A stretch of DNA of 64,000 nucleotides, from assembly GCA_028686135.1 (NCBI GenBank), contig JAQUCP010000012.1, positions 7,119 to 71,118 on the forward strand, in the 5' to 3' direction. Source of the DNA: Bacteroidales bacterium (lineage in GTDB: Bacteria > Bacteroidota > Bacteroidia > Bacteroidales > UBA12481). The notes beneath the pieces were generated by a model. It was not told the DNA's origin, did not search any database, and was given only the letters and a program-made list of their open reading frames with translations. Made by a program: the position numbers and the translations under genes. Positions 59,146 through 64,000 of this stretch are shown piece after piece (the stretch's first letter is position 1; every line of letters starts with the position of its first letter).

Positions 59146-62100
59146 ATGGAACCTAAAAATCTGATCAACCAGGAACGCTTGGATTTCAGTGAAGCTGAAT
59201 TCAAGGTGTTGATGCAGAGGAGAATCAGTAAAGTATTGATTATCTGCAGTAATTACGATTTCTTCATGCTAGAGGAAGATGGACGGATAGATGAACAGAT
59301 CTTTACGGAATATGTCTCCCTGAACCTTCGCTATCCTCCCGTTTTTATTCAGGCCAATACCGCCCATAAAGCTTTCGATTGCCTCGAGCGAGAGCATATT
59401 GATTTGGTAATCACAATGTTGAGTGTTGGTGAAATGGATCCGTTTGAGTTGTCGCAACGGATCAAGAGCCAACATCCCTATATTCCTATTGTAGTCTTAA
59501 CTCCTTTCAGCCGGGAGGTTTCAATAAAATTAGAACGGGAAGACCTCAGCGCCATCGACTATGTTTTTTCCTGGCTGGGTAACACCGATATTCTGGTAGC
59601 TATCATTAAGCTGATTGAGGATCGCATGAACATCGCATTTGATGTTAATGAGGTTGGCGTACAGGTTATTCTCCTGATTGAAGACTCTATCCGGTATTAC
59701 TCTTCTTATCTCCCAAGTATTTACAAGATTCTATTTAAGCAATCCAAATCATTTATGCTGGAAGGGTTGAACGAGCATCGGAAGATGCTGCGCATGCGAG
59801 GACGTCCAAAAATTATTTTGGCGACCAATTTTGAACAGGGGATGGCTCTTTTTGAGCAGTATCAAGATAATTTGTTGGGTATTATTTCCGATATCTCATT
59901 CAACCGAAGTGGCAGAAAGGACCCTGAGGCCGGCCTTAAATTGTGCAGGAAGGTTCGAGAAATTGATCCTCATCTACCGTTTCTCCTGCAATCATCAGAA
60001 CTGGGTAATCAGATTGTCGCTAAAGATCTGAATGTGAGTTTTTTGCATAAATACAGTAAGACGTTGGAAGTTGATTTGAGGAATTTCATGTTGCGTCACA
60101 TGAATTTCGGGGATTTCATTTTTCGGGATCCGGCTACCGGGAAGGAGATTGAGCGGGTCTCCAATTTGAAAGAGATGCAGGATATGATCATGCGGATTCC
60201 TGCAGCATCACTTAAATACCACTTTAGTAATAATGATGTCTCTAAATGGCTGAATGCCAGGGCTTTTTTTCAGATTGGTCGTCATCTTAAACACAAGTCA
60301 GTTGATGATTTTGAAAGCGTTGATGCTGGGCGTCAATATATATATCAAATTATCTCTTCCTACCGGATCTCTAAGGCTAGAGGGGTGATCAGTACGTTCG
60401 ACCGGGAGCGATTTGACGAGTATATGTTGTTCTCACGCATTGGAGAGGGATCACTTGGAGGGAAAGCCAGAGGGCTGGCATTTATCGATTCGTTTATTAA
60501 ACAGCACGATTTAGCCGAGAGGTGGCCTGGGATTCAGGTTACGATTCCACGAACGGTGGTTTTATCAACTGATGTCTTCGAGGAGTTCATGGAGCTCAAT
60601 AACCTGTGGAGCATAGTTGGGGCCGGGCAGAGCGATGAGATGCTATTGCAGACTTTTGTCAAAGCAAAACTCCCCGTAGGGATTTACAAGGATTTGGCGG
60701 CTTTTATCCGAGTTGTTGAGAATCCGGTTGCGGTTCGTTCTTCTAGCTTGCTGGAAGATAGTCATTATCAGCCATTTGCTGGAATTTATTCAACTTTCAT
60801 GCTTCCTCGCGTTGAGGGCGATGATGCACGGATGATCCAGATGGTTGCCGATGCGATCAAGGCTGTTTATGCTTCGGTCTATTTTAAGAGTTCAAAAACC
60901 TATCTGGAAGCAACACAGAATGTTATTGATGCCGAGCGAATGGCGATTATATTGCAGGAGGTGTGTGGCACTGGGTATGGTAATCGTTTTTACCCGACCG
61001 TTTCTGGGGTAGCCCGGTCGATCAATTTTTATCCTATTGGCAAAGAGACACCGGAAGATGGAATTGCCCATGTGGCTTTTGGTCTTGGAAAACTCATTGT
61101 AGAAGGAGGAAACGGTTTACGCTTCTCGCCCCGCTACCCAACCAAGATACTCCAGTTATCAACGGTGGAGAGTACTTTGCGCGACACCCAGCGGGAGTTT
61201 TATGCGTTGGATTTGGAAGCAGACCATTTTCAGGCTTCCGTGGATGATGGTATTAATCTCTTAAAGTTGAGTATCCGGGATGCCGAAAAGGATCCGGCTT
61301 TGAGGATGGTAGCCTCTGTTTATGATCGTGACAATCAGATGATTCGCGATCAGTATGATACTCCTGGTCTTAAGGTGGTTACACTCAATAATATACTGAA
61401 GCACAGGACTTTCCCTTTGGCTGATATTTTAGACAAGTTGCTGGAGGCAGGAGTAAGGGAGATGAATCATCACATTGAGATCGAATTTGCTGTGAATCTG
61501 GATGTGCCACCGGGAACGCCAAAGATTTTTAATTTTTTGCAGATCCGACCGGTGGTAGAGAACACGGATGTTCTGAACTATAGCTTGCCGGATATCGTGG
61601 AATCTGAAACGATCATTACCGCTAATACAGCGCTGGGGAATGGCCTGATCAACAATATACGGGATATTGTGTACGTTAAACCCAGCTGTTTTAGAGCAGC
61701 AGATAGTCGGGCAATTGCCCAGCAGGTAGAACGGTTAAACGAGCGGTTTGTTAACAGTGGTAAAAACTATATACTGATTGGTCCCGGCCGGTGGGGAACC
61801 AGTGATCCGTGGTTGGGAATCCCGGTGAAATGGTCTCAGATTTCTGCTGCCCGGGTCATTGTGGAATCAGGGCTGCCCGACTATCGTATTGAGCCTAGTC
61901 AGGGTACCCATTTTTTTCAAAATCTAACCTGTTTCCGGGTCGGGTACTTTACGATTAATCCCTATTTGCATGATGGTTATTATGACCTGGAGTATCTTGA
62001 TGCATTAGAGGCGGAGTTCGAGGACGACTACCTGCGGCACATTCGCTTTCCGGAGCCCCTGCTGATCAAAATTGATGGCACCCGGAACAAAGGAGCTGTT

Positions 62101-62157
62101 TATCGTCCGGGGTTCACAGGACGGAGCGATAAAAGTACTTCAAATGTTGAAATTTAA
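59146..62157 (+). CDS. multidomain protein: pseudo-receiver + receiver + PEP-synthase/PPDK-type ATP-grasp (PPDK_N) + putative phosphohistidine swivel domain; no PEP/pyruvate TIM-barrel domain
   Basis: 1003 aa; REC2 residues ED179-180/D249/S283-284/K302; ATP-grasp motifs GGKARGLAFI, VAVRSSSLLEDSHYQPFAG, IEIEFAV...FLQIRPV; C-terminal TSDPW...AARVIVE...SQGTH922. Confidence 0.7.
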   Translation: MEPKNLINQERLDFSEAEFKVLMQRRISKVLIICSNYDFFMLEEDGRIDEQIFTEYVSLNLRYPPVFIQANTAHKAFDCLEREHIDLVITMLSVGEMDPFELSQRIKSQHPYIPIVVLTPFSREVSIKLEREDLSAIDYVFSWLGNTDILVAIIKLIEDRMNIAFDVNEVGVQVILLIEDSIRYYSSYLPSIYKILFKQSKSFMLEGLNEHRKMLRMRGRPKIILATNFEQGMALFEQYQDNLLGIISDISFNRSGRKDPEAGLKLCRKVREIDPHLPFLLQSSELGNQIVAKDLNVSFLHKYSKTLEVDLRNFMLRHMNFGDFIFRDPATGKEIERVSNLKEMQDMIMRIPAASLKYHFSNNDVSKWLNARAFFQIGRHLKHKSVDDFESVDAGRQYIYQIISSYRISKARGVISTFDRERFDEYMLFSRIGEGSLGGKARGLAFIDSFIKQHDLAERWPGIQVTIPRTVVLSTDVFEEFMELNNLWSIVGAGQSDEMLLQTFVKAKLPVGIYKDLAAFIRVVENPVAVRSSSLLEDSHYQPFAGIYSTFMLPRVEGDDARMIQMVADAIKAVYASVYFKSSKTYLEATQNVIDAERMAIILQEVCGTGYGNRFYPTVSGVARSINFYPIGKETPEDGIAHVAFGLGKLIVEGGNGLRFSPRYPTKILQLSTVESTLRDTQREFYALDLEADHFQASVDDGINLLKLSIRDAEKDPALRMVASVYDRDNQMIRDQYDTPGLKVVTLNNILKHRTFPLADILDKLLEAGVREMNHHIEIEFAVNLDVPPGTPKIFNFLQIRPVVENTDVLNYSLPDIVESETIITANTALGNGLINNIRDIVYVKPSCFRAADSRAIAQQVERLNERFVNSGKNYILIGPGRWGTSDPWLGIPVKWSQISAARVIVESGLPDYRIEPSQGTHFFQNLTCFRVGYFTINPYLHDGYYDLEYLDALEAEFEDDYLRHIRFPEPLLIKIDGTRNKGAVYRPGFTGRSDKSTSNVEI

Positions 62158-62229
62158 AAGGTTAGAAGTCGTAAAGCTGAAATAAATCATGCTAAATACT
62201 GATAAAAATTGGGTGCAAAATTTGGCTGA

Positions 62230-63603
<1,374 letters not shown>

Positions 63604-63624
63604 GTAACCTAAAATGATACAATT

Positions 63625-63668
63625 AAAGAAAGAGGGAGCAGGTTTTACCAACTCCCTCTTTCTTTTTT
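63625..63668. terminator. Bidirectional terminator between convergent gdhA and fabD
   Basis: AAAGAAAGAGGGAG / CTCCCTCTTTCTTT perfect 14-bp stem, 13-nt loop, T-run on the plus strand and A-run (T on the minus strand) at the other flank. Confidence 0.8.
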
Positions 63669-63681
63669 GATTTACTGTCGG

Positions 63682-64000
63682 TTACAGCACAGCACTGATG
63701 GCCGAAACCGTCCGGTCAACCTTCCTGATTAACCCTTGCAGAACAGTCCCCGGACCAACCTCGATAAACTCCGTGGCGCCATCCGCAATCATGTTCTGAA
63801 CCGTCTGGGTCCATCTTACCGGACTGGTCAACTGAGCAACCAGGTTCTCCCGGATCTTATCCGGGTTAATGCAGGGATGTGCATCGACGTTTTGAAAAAC
63901 AGGACAGCATGGTTCCTTTACCGGAGCTTCCCTGATGGCTTTCTCCAGCTCTGCGCGGGCCGGTTCCATAAGAGGTGAATGGAAGGCTCCACCTACCTGT
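63682..64000 (-). CDS. fabD: malonyl CoA-acyl carrier protein transacylase, C-terminal part (5-prime end lies right of the window)
   Basis: Frame open to the window edge; VRWTQTVQNM, FIEVGPGTVLQGL typical FabD C-terminus. Confidence 0.88.
   Translation of the reverse strand, partial: QVGGAFHSPLMEPARAELEKAIREAPVKEPCCPVFQNVDAHPCINPDKIRENLVAQLTSPVRWTQTVQNMIADGATEFIEVGPGTVLQGLIRKVDRTVSAISAVL

Overview
This window looks like a core chromosomal segment of a Bacteroidota genome. The lineage call rests on an ssb-gldE-gldD cluster, the uppS-bamA-ompH-ompH-murI gene order, exact TAnnTTTG -7 promoter boxes in front of many transcription units, and almost no Shine-Dalgarno sequences. Positions 1-11552 hold the contiguous end-of-S10/spc/alpha ribosomal-protein operon, from a truncated rplV through rplQ. 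It includes secY, map, infA, rpoA, and a 38-codon rpmJ that is missing from the ORF track. The remaining 52 kb is tightly packed housekeeping: an MqnL-like UbiD decarboxylase, dsbD, rng, HU, ssb, gldE/gldD, ychF, tkt, an ECF sigma trio, hutH, hisS, an aldehyde dehydrogenase, an S9 peptidase, an SRAP peptidase, a two-component system with hslR, pth-rplY-prs, engB, manA, udk, pdxJ, nadK, uppS, bamA, 2x ompH, murI, korAB, gdhA and a truncated fabD. I found no rRNA, tRNA, CRISPR array, transposase, integrase or phage-like gene, and no convincing novel multi-gene system. The most unusual element is a 1003-aa protein at 59146-62157. It carries a pseudo-receiver, an intact receiver, a PEP-synthase-type ATP-grasp domain and what looks like a diverged phosphohistidine swivel domain, but no PEP/pyruvate domain. 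It sits between korAB and gdhA, and I flag it as a possible histidine-kinase-independent phosphorelay; this is a hypothesis only. Second is an unlisted 30-codon hyper-basic gene (17263-17355, minus strand) with its own perfect hairpin. Many ORF-track entries carry spurious N-terminal extensions, and I give corrected starts. All family assignments come from motifs read in the translations and from memory of those families. No database search was run.
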